Positions 44,996 through 53,706 of a DNA stretch of 64,000 nt are shown piece by piece. The notes under the pieces were generated by a model. The model was not told the origin of the DNA and did no database searches. It worked only from the letters and a program-made list of their open reading frames with translations. Location of the stretch: positions 2,940 to 66,939 of the forward strand of contig CAZOVD010000002.1 in the NCBI GenBank assembly GCA_964583285.1. The letters run 5' to 3'. The position numbers and the translations under genes are program-made. The number at the start of each line of letters is the position of its first letter. The stretch's first letter is position 1. The DNA comes from an uncultured archaeon. GTDB taxonomy: Archaea > Iainarchaeota > Iainarchaeia > Iainarchaeales > JAAZKV01.

Positions 44996-45175
44996 ATGCA
45001 TGAAAGAAGTGAAAAAATAAGAATAAAAAATTTTTTGCAAGAGCTGGTGCAACAGACTACACCTGTTTTTAAATCACTTCCTTTCATGCAAAAGTTGATT
45101 AAAAAGCAACAAGTAGTCTATGCGGGTTCAATTCCCGCATCTTGCGTTAAAGGTGATTTAAATGGGACTGTTTGA
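44996..45175 (+). CDS. 59-aa ORF (leaderless candidate), or a non-coding transcript
   Basis: MHERSEKIRIKNFLQELVQQ... is one codon below the track threshold. It overlaps the next gene by 14 nt and contains the tRNA-like element, so coding status is uncertain. Confidence 0.3.
   Translation: MHERSEKIRIKNFLQELVQQTTPVFKSLPFMQKLIKKQQVVYAGSIPASCVKGDLNGTV
45113..45146 (+). other. tRNA 3'-half-like element (anticodon-stem 3' strand, T-arm, acceptor 3' strand)
   Basis: GTAGTC-TAT-GCGGG-TTCAATT-CCCGC-ATCTTGC-G. A perfect T-arm with a TTCAATT loop. Complementary GCAAGA (45037-42) and GACTAC (45055-60) lie upstream, but there is no D-arm or valid anticodon loop. Confidence 0.4.
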
Positions 45176-46832
45176 AGAAGCTGAAAAAATTCCTTCAATA
45201 GACGAATTAGCTTCATTTACAGATACCGAATTGTTAAATCAAGAAATAGATGGTTTATGTTGGGAATTATATAATTATGATTCTGCAACAGTTTATGGTG
45301 AATCAATCTATACTTATTCAAAAGAAAGATTAGAAGAAATATTAAATGATTTAAAAGAAAAAATAAATCTAGATAAAAAAATAGAACATACAACAAAAGG
45401 CCAATACAAACTAAAAGAACTTTGGAGAAGAGCCTGGAATAGTGTGATATATGAACAACCAGAAATGTGTGACTTCTATTTCTATGTTTTAATGGGGCAA
45501 TTATTTTTTCCTTACTATAAAATATTTAGAAAAGGAGATGAAGATGATTTACGAATACATTCTGTAGTAATAGGTGGTTCTGGAACTGGAAAGACCCAAG
45601 CAAATAATTTCCTTGCAGGAATAATACAACAGGTGAAGAAAACTGAATATACTGACCCAGAAACTGGAGATTTAAAAATAAAATACTATGAAGTTGCATC
45701 TCCAATAAAGTATACAGATGCATCATTAATTGGTAATCTTGATTCAGAATTATTTAAAGAACAAAAACGAAGAAGAATAAACGAAGAAGATGATAGATAT
45801 ATTGCGCCAATACAAAAAGGATTATTACAATCTGGAGACCTAGTAGTATTTGATGAAGCAGAATCTGTTTTAGAGCCTGGAAGATTTGGACAAGAATCAC
45901 AACGAATACTTAGAAATGCTATGAACAAATATGGTAGTAAATATAATTTATTATCAAATGATTCTTTAGGTTCAAAAGGACTAGTTAAATTTCATTGTGC
46001 TGCATCAATTATTTTAACAAGTTATCCATTAAAAAAATTTGATGAAACATTTAAAACTGGTGGACTATTACAAAGGTGTGTAATATTAATACTACCTCCA
46101 GACCCAGAAAAGAAACAAGAAATAACGACTAGAATGTTTAATGATGTTCCTACTACTGATGAAGAAGCTGAACAATATGAAATAGAGCATTCAAAAGATG
46201 TACAAAATCTTGTTAATGCTTTAAATTTAATATTAGATAAAATAAAAGACGATACTAAAATAAAATATTGGATAGAAGATTTATATATAAAAGCAAACGA
46301 TATGAGAAAAAAACTAATACATAGTAAAAAAGCTAGAAAATTATATGATAAATATTCTAATGAAATAGAAAATATATTACCAATGCCAAATTTAGAAGAC
46401 CAAGAAAATTTTAACAGTATAATGTCAAGAATAAACTTAATACAAATGAAAGCTTCTGGAATAAATTTTTTATGCGCTAAATATTTTGATAATAGAAAAG
46501 AATCAAAAATACTATCTGTAGATGTAGATGAAGCATTCAAGACTTTAATAAAACCTGCAGCATTATCTAGTGCAGAACATATAAAGATGGGCTCAAAAGA
46601 AACAAGATTAGACCAACAAAAATTAATACAAACTTTAAGAAAAATATTAATAAAACCAATGAAGAAAGGTGAATTAGTAGACCAGATGATGGATGAAATA
46701 GGTTATGGAAAGAATAGGGTTATCAGTATATTAAAACAAATGAAAGCAGCAGGATATTATGAAGAAAAGAAAGATGCAATAGATAATAAAACAATAATAT
46801 GCGAGATAACAAAAAAATATAAAATGTTTTAA
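45162..46832 (+). CDS. AAA+ ATPase, MCM-like replicative helicase candidate with C-terminal winged helix
   Basis: Walker A 'GGSGTGKTQ', Walker B 'LVVFDEAES', 'CAASIILTSYP' (sensor-1-like) and 'LLQRCVILIL' (compare MCM 'LLSRFDLIF'). C-terminal 'ELVDQMMDEIGYGKNRVISILKQMKAAGY'. Confidence 0.45.
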   Translation: MGLFEEAEKIPSIDELASFTDTELLNQEIDGLCWELYNYDSATVYGESIYTYSKERLEEILNDLKEKINLDKKIEHTTKGQYKLKELWRRAWNSVIYEQPEMCDFYFYVLMGQLFFPYYKIFRKGDEDDLRIHSVVIGGSGTGKTQANNFLAGIIQQVKKTEYTDPETGDLKIKYYEVASPIKYTDASLIGNLDSELFKEQKRRRINEEDDRYIAPIQKGLLQSGDLVVFDEAESVLEPGRFGQESQRILRNAMNKYGSKYNLLSNDSLGSKGLVKFHCAASIILTSYPLKKFDETFKTGGLLQRCVILILPPDPEKKQEITTRMFNDVPTTDEEAEQYEIEHSKDVQNLVNALNLILDKIKDDTKIKYWIEDLYIKANDMRKKLIHSKKARKLYDKYSNEIENILPMPNLEDQENFNSIMSRINLIQMKASGINFLCAKYFDNRKESKILSVDVDEAFKTLIKPAALSSAEHIKMGSKETRLDQQKLIQTLRKILIKPMKKGELVDQMMDEIGYGKNRVISILKQMKAAGYYEEKKDAIDNKTIICEITKKYKMF

Positions 46833-46860
46833 ATTTAATTTATAAAGGAGTGATTTAATT

Positions 46861-47964
46861 ATGGAAGAACAAATAAATAAAATAAAAGAAACATTTGCAG
46901 TTTGGGAAACTAAACTAGGAATTCCAAAAGAACAATTGTTTCAAGAATTTGAACATAATATGAAATCTCTTGAAAAAAACTATAGTGGACCTACATTATT
47001 AGCAAGAGCAATTCAAATTATGAGAGGAGCATATAGTAAACAATTCAATAATAAAGCAAAAGCATTTGAATGTGTTGTTATTGGATTAGGGCAAGTTTAC
47101 GATAGATATAAGAAAGTAAGACAAGATGCTGTAGATAAAGGTTTCTTAAATGAAAATGGACAACCTATTTTTACAGATTATAAATGGAGAGAAGGAAAAA
47201 TTATTCCGCCAGCAAATAGTACAGAAAGTATGCAATCAAGAGTATATGGATTATTCAAAGAAAATACTCAAGGACAATGGAAACCTGGAGTAATGTTTTA
47301 TGATGGAAATCCACTTGATTCAAAACTATTATTTGCAAAAACACAAGTTCGTGGTGGAATAAAGGACGAAGCATTAGCAGACCCAGTATTAACAATAAAT
47401 AGTACAAATGTAACTAGATTTATTAAAACTGAAGATGCTAAAGATGTGGAAGAAATGTTTAAACAATTAATGCCACAGAATTGTATAGCATTAGAAAATA
47501 CAGGACAAGCTAATCCTGATTCATTACCATTAAATTTGGTTGTGACGAAAGGAACAGTAGTTAATGTAAATATTACTGAAGGAGATAAATCAAATATTGT
47601 TGAATTAGCTAAACCAATAAATGATTTAAATGATATTGATTTATCAGCAGTTGGTCCAGAAGAAACACCAAACTATACTATTTGGATGCCTAAACAAATT
47701 GACTTAACAAAAGTTGGAATAGGTTCTGAAGTATTAATTGTGACACAAATATCTAAAATAACAGATAAAGATAATAACTTAAAAACAAATTACAATGGAA
47801 TTGGATTATATGTATTAAATGGAGTTGTACCAGAAATACAAGATATTCCAGCACCAGTAGAAGAACAAACAAAAATAGATATAGTAACACCAAAAGTAGA
47901 GGAGCCAAAGACAGAAGCTCCTTCTGCACCAGTTGAAGAGCAAGGAAGTGATGTACCATGGTAG
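46861..47964 (+). CDS. ssDNA-binding protein candidate
   Basis: Lies between the helicase-like and RecA-like genes. Pro/Glu-rich linker and acidic C-terminal tail '...VEEQGSDVPW' resemble SSB tails. Confidence 0.3.
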   Translation: MEEQINKIKETFAVWETKLGIPKEQLFQEFEHNMKSLEKNYSGPTLLARAIQIMRGAYSKQFNNKAKAFECVVIGLGQVYDRYKKVRQDAVDKGFLNENGQPIFTDYKWREGKIIPPANSTESMQSRVYGLFKENTQGQWKPGVMFYDGNPLDSKLLFAKTQVRGGIKDEALADPVLTINSTNVTRFIKTEDAKDVEEMFKQLMPQNCIALENTGQANPDSLPLNLVVTKGTVVNVNITEGDKSNIVELAKPINDLNDIDLSAVGPEETPNYTIWMPKQIDLTKVGIGSEVLIVTQISKITDKDNNLKTNYNGIGLYVLNGVVPEIQDIPAPVEEQTKIDIVTPKVEEPKTEAPSAPVEEQGSDVPW

Positions 47965-48851
47965 AGCAAGTAAATATGAGTGGAACATCAACGTGGGGAG
48001 CAAAATCTCCCAACGCTATGCCAGAAGAAGAACTATTTCAAGATAAACCATTTGTGGAAAAAGGAAAAGATATTCTTTTATTTGGTGATAGTAATACAGG
48101 AAAAACATATATTGCATCAACTTGTCCTGCACCAATATTCTTTATAGATACTGAGGGGCGTGCTGACCTAACAAAAAAATATTACTTTAATAATAAAGAT
48201 ATAAAGATATTCTGTCCATTAGAAGTAAGACTTGATTTTAATGAACAAAATGCAGTAGAGAAAGCAATTAATCCAACGGAAAGTATCATGAAAATAAAAA
48301 AAGCTATTGCACAACTTGGAAAAAAAGCACAACTTGGGCAAATAAAAGGTGGAACTATTGTTGTAGATAGTATGTCTGATATTTGGTCTTGGTGCCAAGA
48401 AGATGGAAAAGAAAGACTCGCAAAAGCTGGAAAAATTGATTCATTAACCTTTCGTATGAAGAATCAATTTGATTGGGGTCCGATAACGCAAGAATATTTA
48501 AATATTCTAATAAGTTTGAAAAAATTTACAGAATATGGAATAAATGTTGTGATAACAAGCAGAGAAAAAAGTACTCCACCAGAATATGTGAAAGCATCAG
48601 AACCAACAACATTTGATGAAAAAATTAAAACACAAAAAGATACAGCATATTATATGAGTACAATTATTCATTTGACTGCAAGACAAATGAAAACAGAAAC
48701 TGGAGCAATAAAGAAAAGAAGATTTGCAAAAATTGAAAAATTAGAATCTGTATCAAGTATAGAAAATTTAGTTGAAGATATTACATATGATAAATTAATG
48801 GAAATACTTGACGCTAAAAGAAAAGAATTATTAGGAGGTGCACAAAAATGA
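47958..48851 (+). CDS. RecA-like/AAA_24-type ATPase (recombination or replication accessory)
   Basis: Walker A 'FGDSNTGKT' and Walker B 'TIVVDSMSDIW'. Confidence 0.5.
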   Translation: MVEQVNMSGTSTWGAKSPNAMPEEELFQDKPFVEKGKDILLFGDSNTGKTYIASTCPAPIFFIDTEGRADLTKKYYFNNKDIKIFCPLEVRLDFNEQNAVEKAINPTESIMKIKKAIAQLGKKAQLGQIKGGTIVVDSMSDIWSWCQEDGKERLAKAGKIDSLTFRMKNQFDWGPITQEYLNILISLKKFTEYGINVVITSREKSTPPEYVKASEPTTFDEKIKTQKDTAYYMSTIIHLTARQMKTETGAIKKRRFAKIEKLESVSSIENLVEDITYDKLMEILDAKRKELLGGAQK

Positions 48852-49072
48852 TTGATTTAGATTTAGACGCAGGTGTTTATTGTTCAATAACAGGAAAAAG
48901 AATTACAGGTAGTCAATTTGTTGATTTTTATACAGATAAAAATGGTAATTTAAAAATCAAATTAAAAACCGCAGTAGTTCCAAAAATGACAGAAGAAGGG
49001 TTCGCTGAGGAACCTGTTAATCTAAAAGATGAAATTATAAAGCATATTGACGAATATGAAGAGGAACAATAA
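48848..49072 (+). CDS. hypothetical protein
   Basis: 74 aa, ATGA-coupled. Confidence 0.45.
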   Translation: MIDLDLDAGVYCSITGKRITGSQFVDFYTDKNGNLKIKLKTAVVPKMTEEGFAEEPVNLKDEIIKHIDEYEEEQ

Positions 49073-49090
49073 ATATATTTAAAAATGTTT
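49071..49090 (+). promoter_or_regulatory. early-type promoter motif
   Basis: AAATATATTTAAAAATGTTT, with the box 45 nt upstream of ATG 49131 (SD 'gaaagggagatgat'). Confidence 0.55.
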
Positions 49091-49130
49091 TGGACTAAAA
49101 AATAATATATTGAAAGGGAGATGATTAAAT

Positions 49131-49838
49131 ATGAAAATAAAATCCGAAATACTAACTAAATTTTTAACGCAAGTATGTAATAATGGAGAAACAAAAATTA
49201 TATCGTTAAAAATGAAATTTGAAGAAAATGGTTTAAATATTAATGCATTAAATACTGAAAAAACGGTATTAGCAAAAGCATTTATGCCAGCAACACAGTT
49301 TACCGATTATAAACCAATTGGTAATATAGCATCAGAAAATATACAAGAATTAATAAAAATTTTTAATACATTCAATGAAATGGAAATTGAAAAACAAGAT
49401 GCTTTATTAGTGATTAAAGAGGGCAAAAATAAATTTGAAACTTTATTAACAAGTGAAGAATTTGTTGAAGAAGGACCAGATAAAGCATTTGAATTTGACC
49501 AAATAGTAACAATAAATGCAGATGAAATAAAAGCATTAATTGATAGTGCATCTGTAAATAAAGAATTTATATTAAAAATAAAAACTCAAAAAGGAGCAAT
49601 TGAAATAGCAAATACAGGAAAATATAAATTTACAAAATTAATAGATTCTTTAGAAGCAGATGTAGGCATTGAATTAGCAGTTTCAAAACCATTTATTGAT
49701 GCAATAAAATCATTTACAGGAAATATTAAATTAGGACTAAAAAATAACTATCCTGTTCAAATATTAAATAAAACAGAAGTTAGTATGATAAGTATCATTG
49801 CTGCACCTTATACTGAAAAGAAAGAAGGTGCACAATAA
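49131..49838 (+). CDS. sliding clamp (PCNA-like) candidate
   Basis: 235 aa, acidic, the right size for a two-domain clamp subunit. Immediately precedes the RFC-like loader (TAAATG junction). Confidence 0.5.
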   Translation: MKIKSEILTKFLTQVCNNGETKIISLKMKFEENGLNINALNTEKTVLAKAFMPATQFTDYKPIGNIASENIQELIKIFNTFNEMEIEKQDALLVIKEGKNKFETLLTSEEFVEEGPDKAFEFDQIVTINADEIKALIDSASVNKEFILKIKTQKGAIEIANTGKYKFTKLIDSLEADVGIELAVSKPFIDAIKSFTGNIKLGLKNNYPVQILNKTEVSMISIIAAPYTEKKEGAQ

Positions 49839-50747
49839 ATGAATATAGCATCAATTGCATGGCAAGAAAAATATAGGCCTATAATAGTAGATAATATTAT
49901 CGGAGACCATACTAATAAAATAAAGAATTATATTTCTAATTTTGATAGTATGCCAAATATATTACTTGTTTCAAGACAACCTGGAACAGGTAAAACAACT
50001 ACTGCTAAGGCTATAATTAATGAAGTAAAAACCGATGCATTGATGCTTAATGCCTCCGATGAACGCGGTATTGATACTATAAGAGAAAAAGTAAAAAACT
50101 TTTCTATTACTATGGGATTGCAAGGAAAAAGAAAAATAATATTTCTAGATGAAATGGACAATCTTACTAAAGATGCTCAAATGAGTTTAAGAGCTATGAT
50201 GGAAGATTATACTAAAAATGTTGTTTTTATTTTATCTTGCAATTACATTAACAAAGTAATAGAACCATTAGTATCTAGATGTGTAACGATTAACTTATCA
50301 TTACCAAAAAAGGAAGGCATATATCAATATCTTGAAGATATTTGTAAAAAAGAAAATTTACAATATGAGAATACAGGTTTAAATGTTCTTATACAGCAAT
50401 ACTATCCTTCTATAAGAAATATGGTAAATGTTTTACAGGATTTACATAATGAAAATAAATCTGTAACTATTGATAATGTTTCTAAAAGTAATAATAATGA
50501 ATTTATTGATTATCTAAAACAAGGTAATTATGATGCTATAAGAATAAAATTATTTAAACAAGAGTATGATGCAGTTGAATTAAATCGTACATTGTGGCAT
50601 TATATTAATACTAGTAACTTTGATAGTAGTAAAAAAATATCACTAATAAAACTACTAGCAAATAATGAAAGGGATTTTTCTACAAGTGCAGATAAAAACA
50701 TAGTATTTTGTTCAATAATACCAAATTTAATAGAGGTTTTTAAATGA
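49839..50747 (+). CDS. clamp loader, RFC small-subunit-like AAA+ ATPase
   Basis: 'WQEKYRP', 'RQPGTGKTTTA', 'LNASDERGIDTIREKV', 'IIFLDEMDNLTKDAQ' and 'LVSRC' are the canonical RFC boxes. Confidence 0.85.
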   Translation: MNIASIAWQEKYRPIIVDNIIGDHTNKIKNYISNFDSMPNILLVSRQPGTGKTTTAKAIINEVKTDALMLNASDERGIDTIREKVKNFSITMGLQGKRKIIFLDEMDNLTKDAQMSLRAMMEDYTKNVVFILSCNYINKVIEPLVSRCVTINLSLPKKEGIYQYLEDICKKENLQYENTGLNVLIQQYYPSIRNMVNVLQDLHNENKSVTIDNVSKSNNNEFIDYLKQGNYDAIRIKLFKQEYDAVELNRTLWHYINTSNFDSSKKISLIKLLANNERDFSTSADKNIVFCSIIPNLIEVFK

Positions 50748-51238
50748 ATCTTTTTCAAGTAATTAGTCATATTTATACAGATAAAAATACTTTATGGATT
50801 GATTCTATAGAGGAAGATGAATTTGCACAATTACACCCTTTTATTATTACAAAATTTTTATCAATGAATAAATCATTATCTAATATAATAAAAATTTTAG
50901 ATAAATATTCATTTATTTTAGAACCAAAAAAATTTTTATTTGTAGCTTGGGCTGTTGTCCCTAAACAACCAACAGCACCATTTGTTAAATATATAAAGAA
51001 AGAAGAAGAAGTTCAAGAACTAGCATTCTTATATGAAAAAATAAAACATAATACAAAAGTGTATGGTAATGATTTTAAAACAATAAAAAAATATTTAGAC
51101 AAAGATATACAATCTGATATGAAAAAATATTTTATAAGGTTTGCTATTGATAAAAAATACTGGAAAAAATACGGATTAGAATATCCTAAATTTGAAAAAA
51201 AAGAAGAAAAACCGGTTGGTTTGGATGCGTGGTTTTAA
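50744..51238 (+). CDS. hypothetical protein (clamp-loader accessory candidate) ending in a PIP-like peptide
   Basis: 164 aa, ATGA-coupled to the RFC-like gene. C-terminus 'PVGLDAWF*'. Confidence 0.35.
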   Translation: MNLFQVISHIYTDKNTLWIDSIEEDEFAQLHPFIITKFLSMNKSLSNIIKILDKYSFILEPKKFLFVAWAVVPKQPTAPFVKYIKKEEEVQELAFLYEKIKHNTKVYGNDFKTIKKYLDKDIQSDMKKYFIRFAIDKKYWKKYGLEYPKFEKKEEKPVGLDAWF

Positions 51239-51369
51239 TGCAAGAATTATGTAAAAGATGTAATAGAAAATTAACAAGCGAGGAGAGTAGAATTAGAGGA
51301 TATGGCCCAAGTTGTTGGAAAAAAATTAAAAAAGAAGAACAACCAAACCTTGAAAAGTGGCTGGATTAA
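51238..51369 (+). CDS. zinc-ribbon mini-protein (43 aa) ending in a canonical PIP box
   Basis: MQELCKRCNRKLTSEESRIRGYGPSCWKK...EEQPNLEKWLD* (QxxLxxWL). TAATG junction. Below the track threshold. Confidence 0.5.
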   Translation: MQELCKRCNRKLTSEESRIRGYGPSCWKKIKKEEQPNLEKWLD

Positions 51370-51390
51370 CATTATATTTAAAAAGGTTTT
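51370..51390 (+). promoter_or_regulatory. early-type promoter motif in front of the deazaguanine operon
   Basis: CATTATATTTAAAAAGGTTTT, with the box 39 nt upstream of ATG 51424 (SD 'aaaggagtgattat'). Confidence 0.6.
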
Positions 51391-51423
51391 GTTAAAATAA
51401 TATATTATGAAAGGAGTGATTAT

Positions 51424-51870
51424 ATGAAAAAATTTTCAGTTACAAAACATATAAGATTTGATTATGGACATAGAGTACCATTTCATAAATCTAAATGCTA
51501 CAATACACACGGTCACAATGGAGAAGTTCATGCTACAATTGAAGGACCATTAGTAGATATTAATAACGATAATGATTTTGGTATGGTAATGGATTTTAGT
51601 AAAATAAAAGAATTACTAATGAAAGTGAGTCATGATAGATTTGACCACAAATTTTTACTTTGGAAAGATGACCCATTATATTTACAATATAAAGATTTAC
51701 CAGGTATGGTTACTGTTGATTTTGTTCCAACAGCAGAAAATTTAGCTAAACATATTTACGAAGAATTACAAAAAGAACTAGATAATATTAATTTTAAAGG
51801 AAAAGTAACTAATGTTAGGTTTTTTGAAACACCAACAAGTTATGCTGATTATAGTGGAGATGATGAATAA
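51424..51870 (+). CDS. queD: 6-carboxy-5,6,7,8-tetrahydropterin synthase (QueD, PTPS family)
   Basis: 'FDYGHRVPFHKSKCYNTHGHNGEV' carries the His/Cys zinc and catalytic pattern of PTPS/QueD; 148 aa. Confidence 0.85.
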   Translation: MKKFSVTKHIRFDYGHRVPFHKSKCYNTHGHNGEVHATIEGPLVDINNDNDFGMVMDFSKIKELLMKVSHDRFDHKFLLWKDDPLYLQYKDLPGMVTVDFVPTAENLAKHIYEELQKELDNINFKGKVTNVRFFETPTSYADYSGDDE

Positions 51871-52628
51871 TGCCAATAACTTTAATTGATTCATTTCCTA
51901 AAGAAAAAAGAGAAGCAAGAAAAGATGGTTCTGCTATTTTACATATAGCAGAAAATTTTATGGATACTATTCAAGGTGAAAATATGGTTGGTGTTCCTAG
52001 TACTTTTTTAAGATTGCAAGGTTGTACTCTTAATTGTGTCTGGTGTGATACTGCTGAAGTATGGAGACAAGGAAACCCATATTCTGTAGATGAAATACTT
52101 GATATATGGGACCAAACTGGTTTACTTTTTAAATTTGAAGAAGGCCAACATTTAATTTTAACAGGTGGAAGTCCATTAAAGCAACAAGATGCTTTAATTG
52201 AATTAATTACTAAAGTAAAAGAAATTAGTCCAAAAACAATTGTTGAAATAGAAAATGAATGCGTATTAATGCCAAAACAAGAAATGATTGATTTAGTAGA
52301 TATTTGGAATAATAGTCCAAAATTAAAAAATAGTGGCATGAATGAATTAGTTAGATATAAACCTGAAGTATTAACAAAAGTTTCTGGTTTAGAAAATAGT
52401 TATTTTAAATTTGTAATAACTTCAGAAGAAGATTGGCAAGAAATTAAAAATGATTTTTTAGACCCTGGTTGTATTAAAAAAGAACAAATAGTATTAATGC
52501 CAGAAGGACAAACAAGAGAAGAATTACAAAAACATTATGATATTGCGGTAAACATTGCTGTAAGAGAAAATGTAAGATTTACAGATAGATTGCATGTAAC
52601 AATTTGGAATAAGAAGACGGGCGTATAA
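51870..52628 (+). CDS. queE: 7-carboxy-7-deazaguanine synthase (QueE, radical SAM)
   Basis: 'FLRLQGCTLNCVWCDT' (CxxxCxxC) and 'LTGGSPL'. TAATG junction with queD. Confidence 0.85.
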   Translation: MPITLIDSFPKEKREARKDGSAILHIAENFMDTIQGENMVGVPSTFLRLQGCTLNCVWCDTAEVWRQGNPYSVDEILDIWDQTGLLFKFEEGQHLILTGGSPLKQQDALIELITKVKEISPKTIVEIENECVLMPKQEMIDLVDIWNNSPKLKNSGMNELVRYKPEVLTKVSGLENSYFKFVITSEEDWQEIKNDFLDPGCIKKEQIVLMPEGQTREELQKHYDIAVNIAVRENVRFTDRLHVTIWNKKTGV

Positions 52629-52630
52629 TT

Positions 52631-53044
52631 ATGGTAAAAAAAGTATATGTTAGTTATGAAGACGTAAAATCAGCAATAGAATTATTATGGGAATTATATA
52701 ATTCTGAAGCAGAAGTTGAACAAATGAAATATGTTTATGGTGTTCCAAGAGGTGGAATTATTCCAGCAATAATGTTTTCAAATATATCTGGTTTAAAATA
52801 TATTGATATATTAGATAAAAAAATTCATACACCACAAAATACTATTGTTATTGATGATATAGTTGATAGTGGCAAAACAAGAAAAAAATATATTGATTAT
52901 TTTTTTTCAGCAATTATTGATAAAATAGAAGCTCAAGATTATAAAGGTAAATGGATTGAATTTTTTTGGGAAAAAACAGAAGCAGATGATAAAGATTTAG
53001 TATTAAGAATAGCACAAAGATTAGGAGTTGATATAAAATGCTAG
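52631..53044 (+). CDS. type I purine phosphoribosyltransferase, XGPRT-like
   Basis: 'YGVPRGGIIPAIMF' and the PRPP loop 'IVIDDIVDSGKT'. Colinear with E. coli Gpt blocks ('AVSRGGLVPGALL', 'FIVIDDLVDTGGT', 'WIEQPWD' versus 'WIEFFWE'). Confidence 0.7.
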   Translation: MVKKVYVSYEDVKSAIELLWELYNSEAEVEQMKYVYGVPRGGIIPAIMFSNISGLKYIDILDKKIHTPQNTIVIDDIVDSGKTRKKYIDYFFSAIIDKIEAQDYKGKWIEFFWEKTEADDKDLVLRIAQRLGVDIKC

Positions 53045-53706
53045 ATAAAAGTAAAACTAATCCAGAACTTGGAAAAAAAGTAAATGATTATTTAAAAGAA
53101 AAAGGAGTTCATACGCCAACAGAAATGCATAATAATATGGACAATAAAGAAAAGAAAGAGTATATTGAATCATTATATAATAATATAATGGAAGCTCTTA
53201 ATCAAGATTTAAATGATGATAGTTTAAAAGATACTCCTAGAAGAGTTGCTAAAATGTATGTTGATGAATTATTTTGGGGTATGGATTCAAATAATTTTCC
53301 TAAATGTACAGCAGTTGAAAATAAAATGAAATATGATGAAATGGTTGTTGAAAAAAATATTAAAGTAGCTTCAGTATGTGAGCATCATATACAACCTATT
53401 TGGGGTAAATGCCATATAGCATATATACCAGATAAAAAAGTAATTGGTTTAAGTAAAATGAATAGAATAGTAGAATATTTTTGTAGAAGACCACAAATAC
53501 AAGAGCGTTTAACAGAACAAATTTATTATGCATTATCTTATATTTTAGAAACACCAAATGTAGCAGTAGTAATTGATGCTGAACATTTTTGTGTAAAACT
53601 AAGAGGAGTAGAAGATATTAATTCTAGTACTGTAACAAGTAAACTTGGAAAAAAATTTATTGAAGAACCAGAATTAAGAGCTGAATTTATGGGGTTGATA
53701 AAATGA
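53038..53706 (+). CDS. folE: GTP cyclohydrolase I (FolE type 1)
   Basis: 'TPRRVAKMY', 'SVCEHHIQPIWGKCHIAYIP' and 'RPQIQERLT'. Confidence 0.9.
   Translation: MLDKSKTNPELGKKVNDYLKEKGVHTPTEMHNNMDNKEKKEYIESLYNNIMEALNQDLNDDSLKDTPRRVAKMYVDELFWGMDSNNFPKCTAVENKMKYDEMVVEKNIKVASVCEHHIQPIWGKCHIAYIPDKKVIGLSKMNRIVEYFCRRPQIQERLTEQIYYALSYILETPNVAVVIDAEHFCVKLRGVEDINSSTVTSKLGKKFIEEPELRAEFMGLIK

Noticed and set aside
45037-45146. A complete tRNA gene, possibly intron-containing.
   Set aside because: The acceptor (6 bp plus one mismatch), an anticodon-like stem and a perfect T-arm can be drawn. However, only 11 nt are available for a D-arm, there is no GG in it, position 8 is not U, and no placement gives U33 with a purine at 37. 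I kept it as a tRNA 3'-half-like element only.
45162-46832. Large terminase subunit, based on Walker A/B motifs in a 556-aa protein.
   Set aside because: Walker A lies about 150 residues from the N-terminus, there is no recognisable RNase-H-like nuclease half, and the C-terminus is a winged helix. The gene sits in the replication block. An MCM-like AAA+ protein is the better fit. No convincing terminase is present in this window.
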